A stretch of 64,000 nucleotides of DNA from Takakia lepidozioides (taxonomy: Eukaryota; Plantae; Bryophyta): NCBI GenBank assembly GCA_030704615.1, contig CM060731.1, positions 16,926,001 to 16,990,000 of the forward strand, read 5' to 3'. Shown here piece after piece: positions 26,501 to 38,500 of the stretch. Positions within the stretch are counted from its first letter, which is position 1, and every line of letters starts with the position of its first letter. The notes under the pieces are model-generated. The model did no database searches. It saw nothing but the letters and a program-made list of their open reading frames with translations, and was not told where the DNA came from. Both the position numbers and the translations under genes were made by a program.

Positions 26501-29500
26501 AGAGGTATCAAAGGTGCCACTAAGTGGCCAGTATTCTGTTGGAGGGTAGAGGTAGGGGATTCTGTACTGTTCCTACCAAGGGAGCAACGGGAAAAGGGGT
26601 TTGTGGAGGTGATTTTTGCAGAGCTATATTTTACAGCTCCCCCTGCATCTATGCCCCAAAACAAATCTGCACCAGCCAAACATGGACTGTCAAATGGTGT
26701 GGGCAGTATGGATTTGTTTTATATAGAAGGGCGGAGGGTCTCGGTATTTGTGCATGACATCGATTGTGATCCTAAGCAATCATCCGAGTTAACTTCTACA
26801 AGGGCTAGTCGTCGGGTCCCTTTGATTGAAAGATGGGATGGAGAAATGTCCATTGAAATACCTCCAAGTTATCTGAGTGCTGTGCCAACATGCTTGGAGA
26901 TCCATTCGGCTATTCTTAATCTGAGCCTGGATGGTAATGTCTAAACTCCAAGCTCATTCAGTTTCTTCAGCCACAACAATGATTGACAGAAGTAATGATT
27001 CAAATCAAAGTGGGCTGTCTTTCCCAAGTGCAGTCTGTCAAGTTAAATTTTCACATCCATTTTGGTATTTGAATGAAGAAAATTGCAGTAAAGTTAGGAG
27101 TTGTTCTACCACACACGCACTTCAAATGTGGTGGTTGAGTTTTTCCAATTACATTAGGACCAGGATGCTCATATAAACATATGCCTGCTATGTGGATGGT
27201 AATTTCTTGCATGACCTTCATGAAATTAGACCACACTTGTTTATTTAGTTACTCTATGCTCTGTAAAACACTGGACGTTAAACTTAGTTTCCTTTCCTTT
27301 CCCTTGCATGGGAGTTTTTTACTTACCTGCATATACATATATATCTGTAGAGAAAGAGAGAGACAGAGAGAGAGAGAGCTCATTACCATAATTGGGCTCA
27401 TTACCCTATTTCATGGATTCCTAGTAAGAGACTTCCTGTCCTTTAGTCAAGCTTCTGGTCCAAAGGCTGACATGCAGATGGATGCCACTCACATCATGTT
27501 TGCTACTTACAATTTATAATGAAGGGTGTATCTGGTGGGTATCATTTAAGGCGTTCTAGACATTGGTGCAACTATTGCTGATTGTCTTCGTCTGTTGCAC
27601 TTTGTCGTAGAAAACAACTGTATAGTTCCCCAGTGTTTCTTTTCATGATGAACTCTGGTTTAACCAACTTATTTTCTACAGGAGATGTATCAGGGAAGGA
27701 GTTTGAAATACTTGAGTTTTTACATCAGGAACTGTCTTCCCTTCAGAGGAAATCTAGGGCAATGGGATTTCGTATGCCCGTAGGTGGCCTTGGAAGCTTG
27801 AAATCAGGCAAGCAATGGCTTGATAATAAAGTGAACCTGCCGAAAGGTTCTCTGAGTGTAAGGTGTTGTGCGTCAAAAGTAAGCATTGTCATTGCAGTAC
27901 CCAAAACAGGAAAAGTGATATCATCTACATCAGTTGGGCTTCTGCAAGTGAATACATTGGATGTAAGCCTTTCTATGAAAAGTGGTGCACTGGAAATGCT
28001 GGATGTAGAAGTCTCTAGCATCCTGCTTCTGCAGTACAAAAACAATGTCAAGCTGCTGAAATGCAGCACAAGAGACGACATTGCTGGGGCGTCCCAGCCA
28101 GGCATCAAACTTCTCCTGGTGTCAGGTGCGGCAGAGAGAGAAGTTCATGTCTCACTTCCGTGCATCAAAGTATGGCTCCACTTCACAGCCTGGAATGATG
28201 TGGCTCCAACAGTTATGGCATGTTTGCAAGTGCATCAGGGCCCAAGGCAGGGAAGCCGGGATTTCGATTCTGCTTCTTACCCATCAGATGACTCCTCAAG
28301 GCAGCCTGCTTCTCCTACAATTTTATGCCCTTTAGAGCTGCCCCAGAAAGCAGAAGTACTTGTGCTACAGGAGGCATCCTGTCCTGGACCATCTTCTTCA
28401 TGTGGAGAGGACAAGGACCTTTCTCCAAAACTTTGTTCACCTGTTGAAAGTGTTGGAAGGCCTGTCCAAGATGATGAGGATCTGAATAGTGCAACTGTCC
28501 TTGTGAAAGTGGGTGTTTTTAGGTTAGATTTTATACTCACAGATTATAGTGGAGAAATACAGGATTATGCAGGTGGGCAAGATCCTACTGCGAGTGGTCA
28601 ATTCCATCTTCTGCCAGGACATGCCCTCAAAGTGTTACACAGGGATAGAAATAATGCAGATGAGGACATGTTTTCTGCACCTGATAAACCTCTTCCTAGA
28701 AAGACATGCTGCCTGTCCATGTCCGTCCGTGTTGATGAACTGCGGCTGAACAAAGATGGCTCGTGGATGCTGTTGGCGGGCATCATGGAGGCGGAGGGGA
28801 ATCTGACAGAGGTTTTCCTGGATCAGAATATGTTTCATGAACTGTTTTTCCAGGCACTGGAGATAAGTGTTACAGTAGAGGGAAGCTCGCAGCAGGTGAA
28901 AATAGTGTGCGGGGTCCATGCAGACTGCATTCATTTTTGGTGCTCTTATCCTATTCTACGGTTCCTTCATAAGTTCAGCTTGGAGCCACTGGGATCTAGG
29001 CATGCAACTGTCGTTGACACTGAGTGGAAATTGGACGTTCGCCTGCAGAACGTGTCACTTCTGCTGAGTGACGGTCGAGTGAGTTATTCAGACTTACTCT
29101 TGATGATGATGTGTTCCTTTCAGTTTTTTGAATTTTCTGCATTACTTTCTCTTTTTTTACATCATGCTGCCATCCACAAAACAGATATGGACAGCAAGTG
29201 TTCAGGACAACAAGCCACAAGTTTATTTGATCGATATAGTGAAACTCTTGTGTTCGTCACACCGATTGATTGGGAGGCAATAAGGGGAAGCTCAATCCCT
29301 GTTTCATTGCTCTTGACACAAGAAGAGAAAAGTTTTTACATAACTGTGTTTTATTCTCACTTTACTACCTAGTGGGCATGTGCGATTAATGTTCTTGCAA
29401 CTCATTGGGCATGGCTATTAGCTCTTTGGGTTGGATTATGATGGCTCATTTTGAGTACTTATTTGAAGGCAAGCATCTATGGCTGGTGGCATTTGCTATC

Positions 29501-32500
29501 TAGATTTGCATACATAAGGGCCTCATTCCAACTGCTCATGGCATGGGTGCTGGTGTGGAATCCCATTTTGTGGAGTCAGCCATGCAATAACATGCTATGG
29601 AATATATTCTATACACACCAGCTCCTGGAGATTGGTTGGAGTCTCCCCTGTTGATTGATTGCGCGAAGAGATACTTTGATCTTTGGGGGCTAGAGGCTAA
29701 TGTCAGCAAATGTGCAGTGGTAGCATTCAACGACAGAGGAGAGGGAGGAAGTGATCTTAAGTGGCAGTGGGGTAGCCAAGAGATCCCGGTCCTCCCTTCC
29801 TACACTTACCTGGGCGTTGAGTTTTCCTCCAATTGTAATTGGGATGCACATATCCGGAAAGTTGTTCAAACTGGCAAGGGCAAAGCTCTGGGGCTCACTA
29901 AATTTTTCCACTGCAGAGGGGTCAACTCTGAGGTTAAGAAAACCATGCTTTGTCGCGTTATTAGACCTGCCTTGGAGTACAGATCTGCAATATGGGTTGA
30001 TAACTCCAACCAGGCTAAGTCTCTAGAATCCATTCAAGTGGGGGTGCTTAAGGAGTGTATGTCAGCATGCTCCAAAACAGCCAATGTGGCGGTTCGGGGT
30101 GAGTTTGGCATTCCGTCCTTAAGCTCCCGAGGAGATGAATTCAAGGTCAGATGGTGGGGTCAGCTGCAACATATGCCCAACACCAGATATCCCAAGTTAA
30201 TCGACTCTATATCTTGGAAACAGGACCGCCCTGTCAAACAGGCTAAGTCCTGGCAGAAGAGAGTAGAGGACCTGGACCTGGACCTGGACCTGGACCTGGA
30301 TCCGCAAGTCTTGACCCTGCTGGATAAATCTGACTTAGAGGCTGTAGTGTCCAAAGCCATGTCTGTTGCCATGAGATTGTCTGATGAAAATGAAGTTAGG
30401 CAGAAAACTTCCCTGAACTTGTTTCCAGTCAGTGACATGGGGGAGGACATCTTGGATGACCTCAAGGGTCTACCCACTCTCGGCACTAGACTGAAATTTA
30501 AACTCAGGGCAGGAAGCCTATTTTTGAACAGCAAACAGAAGCAGAGAGGAAAGGGAGAGTGCAATTGCCCGTTGTGTGGGCAATCTGATGACAGTATTCA
30601 TTTTCTGATACACTGTCCGGGGTTCTCTCACCAAAGAGACGCTCTCTTCAAATCTATCAAGGGAATTGTGCGTGTACCCCTATTTACCAACTTTGAAAGT
30701 CTCGAGGCTGAGCCAAAAGCCCAGGCCCTCCTGAGGCCTAGTTTTTGGGCAAATCACACACAGCAGATTGATGCTTGTGTGAAGGGATTTCTAGAGGATA
30801 TCTGGAAAACCCGGATTAATTCTATATATGAAGGTAAGTCTTACTACCAACGTCAGCCCCTGACAGAGGTAGGTTCTGTCCCTTTTGTTCCCGCTCAAAC
30901 TGGGCGCGGGGTCAATGGCCACAAGGCTACGGCAAACAACGTCTTATGAGTACAATCTATACACACCAGCCTAACAAAACTCAGGGAAATGTGTGTTGGA
31001 TGCCCAGTGGAGTTGCAGTGCCCCCATTGTGGAGCTTTTACTTGGAAGCATTGTTGCTGAAGTGGGCTGGAGTCGCTACGAACTGGAGGCCTCATTTTCT
31101 TTTAATGTGGAAGTTAGTTACCACAACATGCAGAAGGTAGTTGACTCAGTGGGAAGTGCATATTGCTTGTCACTTGATTTCGTTGAAATGCCTTGTATGG
31201 CTGGTGGCTGACTCCGCCTTGCAGGTGTCCTTCTTGTGTCATGGTTGGATGTACTAATGTGTATGACAAGGTGAAAAATGTTCCTGAGCATTGCCAGCTC
31301 AATAGAGTCCCCTGCAGATTGGTTTCCCAGTAAATTAGAGGCTACTGCATGCCATCCTGAATACATGTTCACCGTCAAGATAGTTAAAGAACCAATTTAT
31401 TTCCACAGTATTATGATTTTTGTATGCGTGAATAACATGATTCAGAATTTTCAACAATCCTGATTGCACAAGTAGTTGTGTGCTGGTCAGGCTGACCATT
31501 TGTAAACCTGAGAATGCTGCTATCATACGCAAAGTTTGGCTTGGGAAGCATCACTTGAGTGTGGGCAATTTGCAGGTATCATGGGAGCCACTGGTGGAGC
31601 CTTGGAATGTCAGCTGTATTGTGACACGATCCCAGGACTCATCCAGCCCACCTAGCAGACATAGCAGCACCAGGGTCAAAGTCTCGTCTTTAGCCAATCT
31701 GAACATCAACATAACAGAAGCGCTCGTCCAGGTATCATAACCATACTAGTTTTCTCATGCTCTTCAAGTCTTCCTTTTGTGTGCCTGCTTCCGTCGGTCC
31801 CTTGCCCAGCCATCTTTGCAGGGCGTTTAGAGCATTGACTGCTGGTGAAGCATGCATGTCTCAAAGATTAATGGCATGCCAAGAAGGAACAGTTTTCATC
31901 GGAGGCATAAGTTTAAATATGTTTTTTGACTCAAGATGGTTTCAATCTGATACAGGCTATGGCACGCACGGTTGAGATGGCACAGGACGCATGGATGGAT
32001 GGCAACAGTGAGGAAGAGGCTAAGGCAAAGTCAGATGTACAAAAATCTCACTCAGTGGACAGCAAACTTGGTAGACCCAGTCAGTATGCCCCATACTGGC
32101 TTCAGAATGATACTGGAATGGCCATTACATACTGGCTGGTGGGTTCGTTGTATAACCGGGAGGGTGATGAGGCGGATGGAGGGTGGCATAGATGGGGAAG
32201 GGGGAACGGTGTTGTTGTGCAGGCGGGGAGTTCTATGCCATTGTATGTTGAAGGCAGCCCTGAAGAGCTTCTCTGTTGTCGGAGAAACAAGGGGTCAAGT
32301 AGGAGAGTGAGTACACGTGAGATGTTTGAGGTTCTGTTGCAGCATCGCATGATTTGCATTCAGCTGGAGGGAACCTCAAGACCATCGCCACGCATTTCCA
32401 TTGATCATGTTGGATCTGGGTCATTTGAAGCCGTGTTTTCAGAGACTAAACCTGGGAATGGAGACAGCCAATATCTTAGTAGGCTTAGCTCTCTTCAGGA

Positions 32501-35500
32501 GATTGATGCAGGAAGTCGGGATAGAGGCCAGGTGTTTCGTACTCGTGTTGTTTTTGAGGTTACCATTCAACGCTACAGCAAGTTGGTGCGCCTGTGCTCA
32601 ACAGTGAGTAGATTTGGGCCCTGAGGAAGCTTTAATTGGATCTCGAGTAATGTGTTAACTGCAGTTTTTAGATTGTGATGTGCACTTTTGGTGTGCAAGA
32701 CAACTGTGGCTGATGTTGATCCAGCATGCATGGCATGTAGTCGTGGCTTCCTGCATTGATATGATCATGACCTTCAGCTGGAATTTAGGCACTCCAGAAC
32801 CCCTATTTGCCTCTAGTACAAGCATGTGCTTGGGCACCTATTGCAGTACCTGTGGGCCTAGTACGAACTCTAAACTAGCAGTGGATACCTTGTGTCTGGC
32901 TAGATTTGTATGGCATAATTCTGATACATGGTATTGTTCAGGTTGCGCTTGTAAACATGATTTCGGTGCCTTTGGAGGTGCGATTTGACATTCCCTTCAT
33001 GATTTCTCCAAAGGTATGTGCTAGGTGCCACTATTTATACATGCTCTATTTGTATGTGCACTGCAAGTTTATACCATTATTCCTTGCCCGTGCATTCAGC
33101 AGAATTTGCTGGAGGTTAATCCTTGCATCCTTGCATCCTTGGGTGCCTATCAAGAATGTGAGTGACATGAATTATGGATCCTCACCTTCACATCTGTAAT
33201 CTCAACCTGCATATGTCTAGCAACTGAAGAGTCCTTTTTGTATACAAAGAGGTCCTCACAAGGTGCATTGCATGTTTGACAGGTAATGGAACCTGTCCAA
33301 CCAGGACAAGTGATGCCAGTTCCTGTCTACTTAGCTCAAACTGGGAAGATAAGGTGGCGACCCCTGGGGAAAGACTTTCTGTGGAGTGAAGTGCAGTCAA
33401 TCCCACACCTGCTGCGAGCTCCCGAATCTCAGTTGGGGTTTCACCGGCCTGTCCTCTGCTACCCCTCCCAGCTTAGTAGCCGCCCACTACGCTGCTGTGT
33501 TACGGTCACCCAGTCGTCCATCTCTCCTGTAGACAGCAGTTACGGTGAAGTGACTAAGGATATGTTGGATGGAGGGAGGGTGTCCATGGATCAGCCCAAG
33601 GAGTTCCAGCTGTGGGATATAACTCTCCAGGCACCACTTGTGGTGAAGAACTGTCTTCCATTTCCTGTAGCCATTGTGATTGACAGTGGAGTGGGAGGAG
33701 CTGTGAACCACTCTGCTACTGAAGTAAGTATTTTTGAATTGCTTTTCTTGTTCAGAATTATCGAATTAAACTGCGAATGTGTGTTGCAGCTTTGAATGCA
33801 TTTGTGGTTGTTATCAGATCGCATCCATCCGTAAAACTTAATTTGGCCAAAAGTGATCATACCAGGGGCTCGATTTTCCCTTTCCATCTCTTTTATGGAA
33901 GTCTGAAAGATAAGTGGTGTGGTGGTCTGCAGGGAAATTCTGTGTTTGTGTATGATGTGGACACAGTGCACAACTTAAGTGTCACATTTCAGGTGCCTGG
34001 ATTTATGGCCAGCAATGCCTTGGTGGTGCATGCAGCCCACTTGATAGATGAGACGAGGCGGAGGTCTGAGAAAGCGGGGCGGGTCTGTATGTTTGAAATT
34101 TTGAAGTTATTTCCAGAATCGACTTCTGGTAAGCATAACTGATTTTGATGTTGGCCTTGTTAGTTATGACTGCAGTATGAGTAGAGGTTGAGGGTTGATG
34201 GAATGTATTGACATCTTTCTGTGTACACATTCTTTGGCCGGAGATTTCGGCCAAAATGCCTGGCAGCCTACCTGCTTGATGCACACTTTGTTTTGGGTGT
34301 CATTTCATTTTTTCTGAAGCTGTTTCCTGTTGTTCTACTTCTCTTTATCTCCTTCCCTCCTGAGGGCATTGGGGCGGTTCAGGGTGGGTTCCCACAACCT
34401 ACGGATAGAGACTGGCAGATGGGAAAACCTGCAACGGGAGGACCACCTATATCCAGCTTGCACAGGGCACAGCCGGGAAATTCAAACTGAAGAACACTTC
34501 TTCTATTGCCCTCTATACTACGAGATCCGTGGGAGATTCCACTGTTTATTACGTGGAACCCAATCTCTCACTGAAGTCTTTGAGGATCAAAAGTGCTTGG
34601 CAGCTTATGCATGAGGCCTTCACCCTTAGACAATCACTCGAGCAATAGTTCTTATTCTTGGCTTTGGTTTTGTTTCCTCTCATGTTTTCTTCCATTTTGT
34701 CCCATAAGCTCTATGAGCTTTCCGCGGACGTTATAAAGCACCATTTCATTTCATTTCATTTCATTTCTCTCATATTCCATATTCCATATTCTTATTCAAG
34801 TACCATTTCATATCTCAAATATGAGAGAAATGAAATTTTAAATTCTCTCATATTTCTTTTGAGTCAAGGAAGTTAACTTGAATATGGGATGCACTTGGCC
34901 TCCACTGCAGATCCTACTGTCGCTGCGGAGGTCGAGATGATGGTGGACACAATGAGTGGCAAGAGAGAGCTCTCCATCTCAGTGCCTTTCTGGATCTACA
35001 ACTGCAGCTATCTGAACTTAGCAGTGATTGATGGTGATGTGGATGTTCAATCTGGAAGGCAGCAGCAGCTTGAGGCTATGGTTGGGAAGGGGGCCCTAAG
35101 AGACCAGGACCAATCAGATGTCATGCTTGAGTCCTCATTGAGACCAGGGCTCGCCGGTCTACAGAGTCGCGAGGCACATGCAGAGGAGATGAGCATGTGC
35201 CTACCTAAACGTGGGCTGAGGATAATGTCTCATATAACCCCCTACAGACCATACAAAACTTTGTCAGTATTTCAGCAAAGGCAGGATGCGACGGGATCAG
35301 AAAAGAGTGATAGGTATCACGAGCATAGCAGGCAACTGCTTGCACATATATACTCGCCCGTGAAGGGTACAGAAGCGAGCGAGCACCGATTGAGAGTTCG
35401 GGTTCTGCAGCCCCGGCATGCTGAGCTGGCATCCTGGGAGGCAAGGGAACTTCTGTGGTCTCGTCCTTTCTCTTTGGAGCTGCCAGATGGCACCACTACA

Positions 35501-38500
35501 GTTATCATCCCTCAGCCACAGAACAATGGCGCACTTGTGTTCTCTGTCATTTGCACTCCGGGCCTGGGAACATGTGCCAGGAAGACAAAGACCATCACTT
35601 TCAGACCAAGGTGCACCGTGTGCATGCACTCATGAATTCGTTCCTCATTGAATAGTTTGGGTATCCATATCTGCTTACCATGAGTCGTCATGTTGTTGTG
35701 GGGCACCTCTTTCGCGCCTATACTCAAGTAGTGAAAAAGGTATCAGTTGTCGAAATTGATGACAGATAGCGAGCTTTGCAAGGAACATAACCATCAGAAG
35801 AAGTTTCACTAAGTAATCGATCAATAGATGTTTGAACAAAGACCATGTGCAAAATTTTGAACCCCCTGTCAATGTAGGACTGCTCAACCAACGGTTGCTG
35901 GGCTTCTACTAGTGATTATCCTGCTAATTCCAATTTTATTTTGGCCAAGTTCAAACACCTTATATTTATTTCTTGCATTGCAGATTTTTGTTAGCAAACT
36001 CTTGCAAGAGGGATCTCTGTTTCAAGCAGCAAGGGACCGATTCCTTTGAGTGCCTACCAGTGGGCCAGCACTGCCATATCCATTGGACTGACATTAGCAG
36101 GTTGACTTTCTTGTGCAGTATGGCCTCTTTGCAATTTTTTCACATGCACAACTTAGAAAGACTTATGACTTAAAAAGAGTGAGTTTCTTTGGAAGGGATG
36201 GTTTGGAAGCATATTCATTTGAGTCAATCAGCACAGGATGGTCTATAGACAGCAGCTTGTGTTCTTGACAATTTTGTATGAAAAGTTTTTAGTTCAAGTG
36301 AAATCTTGGTCTGCTCTTCCTATTTTCACTGTCACTTCTAATGCAACTCTATGCTATCTATGACAGGGAGTTTTTGGTGTCAGTGCGCTTCAAGGAGCAT
36401 GGTTGGAACTGGTCGGGTGGTTTTGCACTTGATCAGTTGGGTGACACCCAGGTCAAGGTCCGAAATCCCACAACTGGTGCCATGCAAATGCTGAGGGTTG
36501 AGGTCAGCAACATGTCTGCTTCCAGCACAGACCGAGCTAAGGGTGTTGGCTCAGGGGGGGGCAGCCTAGGCACCTGCCTTATTCTCCTTTCAGATGATGA
36601 GACTGGATTTATGCCCTACCGTATTGATAATTTTTCCATGGAGGTAAGTGTGGTAGCATTTTCAATTTGATGTTGAGACCACTTCTAACATGTCAAAGCA
36701 TGATCTTCCCCACCCTGGATACTATTAGCATGGGTTTCAACCATCAATGATCTTTTCATGTGTACAAAAGGGAGCAGTACAAATTTGAGTGAATTATCAG
36801 TCCCCTATGTGAAAATCTAAATTTGGAGATAAGGAAGTGTCCTTCATGTGGTGTACAGAGATTACGGTTCCATCAACAAAAGTGTGAGAAGATGGAGAAC
36901 ATTTTGCACCCTTATAGCTCCTGCAATTATGCGTGGGATGAACCGTGCCATCCTCATCGCCTTGTTCTTGAGGTTCTTTTTCATGCATATTCCTACCTCT
37001 GTTGCTTGTTCACTAAGAAGTGTTAAATTGCAGAGGGCAAAATAACTAGATTTGGGATGTTCTCTATCAAGACCCCTGGTAAAAGGTCTTGTTTACGATC
37101 GTCAAATGGGCAGGAGACTCATTGTAGCTGAGCAAAAGTGATGGAAGACCCGCATACAAGAGATGTGCTCATTGCAGCTGGAGGAAAGGAAGAGTACCAG
37201 AACTAATGGTTTGCCCAGGCTAGCTTTACTTACACTTTCTTCACGTTGCTCTCAAACAAGGAGTCAGTTAGCCTAAGTACACGAGCCACAAAAGCTTCTG
37301 GCTTTCTTTTTTCTTAACTGTCATGAATTAGGAGGACCGTGCTCTTGAAAACTTTAGTGGTTATTCATACTGCTATATTGGTAGTTGGCGACCTCAATTC
37401 AGTGCTGTCACAGTTGTAGGCCCTCGACCCTCTCTGCAACCACTCCCAGCAGACAATAGTTTCGTTCGGCTCATCTATCTGGCTGAAGGAGACTGATGGT
37501 AAGAGGGTGAGATTGTTGTCCTATTTCAGGTATGTATGGACCTTTTAACTTCATTCTAATAGTAGCTCTGGAAAATGTGGATGAAGATTCCGGGTGGGGG
37601 TTCCTTGGGGGTGTATGGCCTGGACGAAGTGAAGGACTACCCTGGAGTAATGTTTGCATCGAGTTCACAGGTGAGCACATTGTTCAAAAGCATGATGCAC
37701 TTTCACAGTATGCTTTGTTTGGTGGAAAAGGTTTTCTCGTACTTGTTTGTTATTGTATATTCTACCTCTTGCATGGTCCTTGGCTGTCACAAATTTTGGC
37801 CACATTCCTGGGATCACACCATACATCATAATCAAATTGAAGTAGCTTATATTAGTCTGTGTTATTCATTCAGACATTTTGCACGGTGTGTTTGTCAACC
37901 TAAAAGCCCTCAGTGCCTCTGCCCTTTTTCTCATCTATTGGCTAAGAGATATCTCCTCACGAGCACCTGCAGACCCTGAAATTAAGCAATGTCGTACAGG
38001 TGTCCTTTCAGCAGACAGCTCTCTGTGGCTCTCTCCTTAAGACTTGTGTCCTTATCTCCAAAACCTTGCTTGAATCTATCTCTGGCTACACAAGTTCACA
38101 TAGCAACAGCTCATCAGGCTCTTTTCCAAATCGTGTCATAAATGGGCTCCCTACTTTCGTTTAGTCATTGGTGATTCAATAGAGCTATTGATTTGTTAAT
38201 AGAGATTATAACATCAGGCCCCAAATGTTGGAGTGTCAAGGTTATAGCCCTTGCACGGCACTTTGAGAACAGAACGGGACGGGTAGCTCAGTGGTAGAGC
38301 ACCCCACCGGAATGGGGGAGGTCCTAGGTTCAATCCCTAGCCCGACCACACGCCAGTGGTTTTCCAACATGGTATCAGAGCCAAGATTGGGGCGGTGGTC
38401 AGAACGGGTGGGCATTAGCTATAAGGGCTATGCCTTGAGGGGGAGTGTTGGAGTGTCAAGGTTATAGCCCTTGCACGGCACTTTGAGAACAGAACGGGAC

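Noticed and set aside
29597-30949. 450-aa ORF as a VPS13 exon or separate host gene
   Set aside because: It carries RT and zinc-finger motifs, has a TSD and multiple dispersed copies, and its ATG lies in flanking intron DNA.
30941-30955. Hammerhead core (CTTATGAG resembles CTGATGAG)
   Set aside because: The invariant G is missing, and there is no downstream GAAA or stem II.
38277-38348. Functional tRNA gene or simple tRNA-SINE
   Set aside because: The anticodon loop is non-canonical and the acceptor stem has a mismatch. It is always embedded at the same place in a TG..CA LTR, with no SINE tail or TSD of its own.
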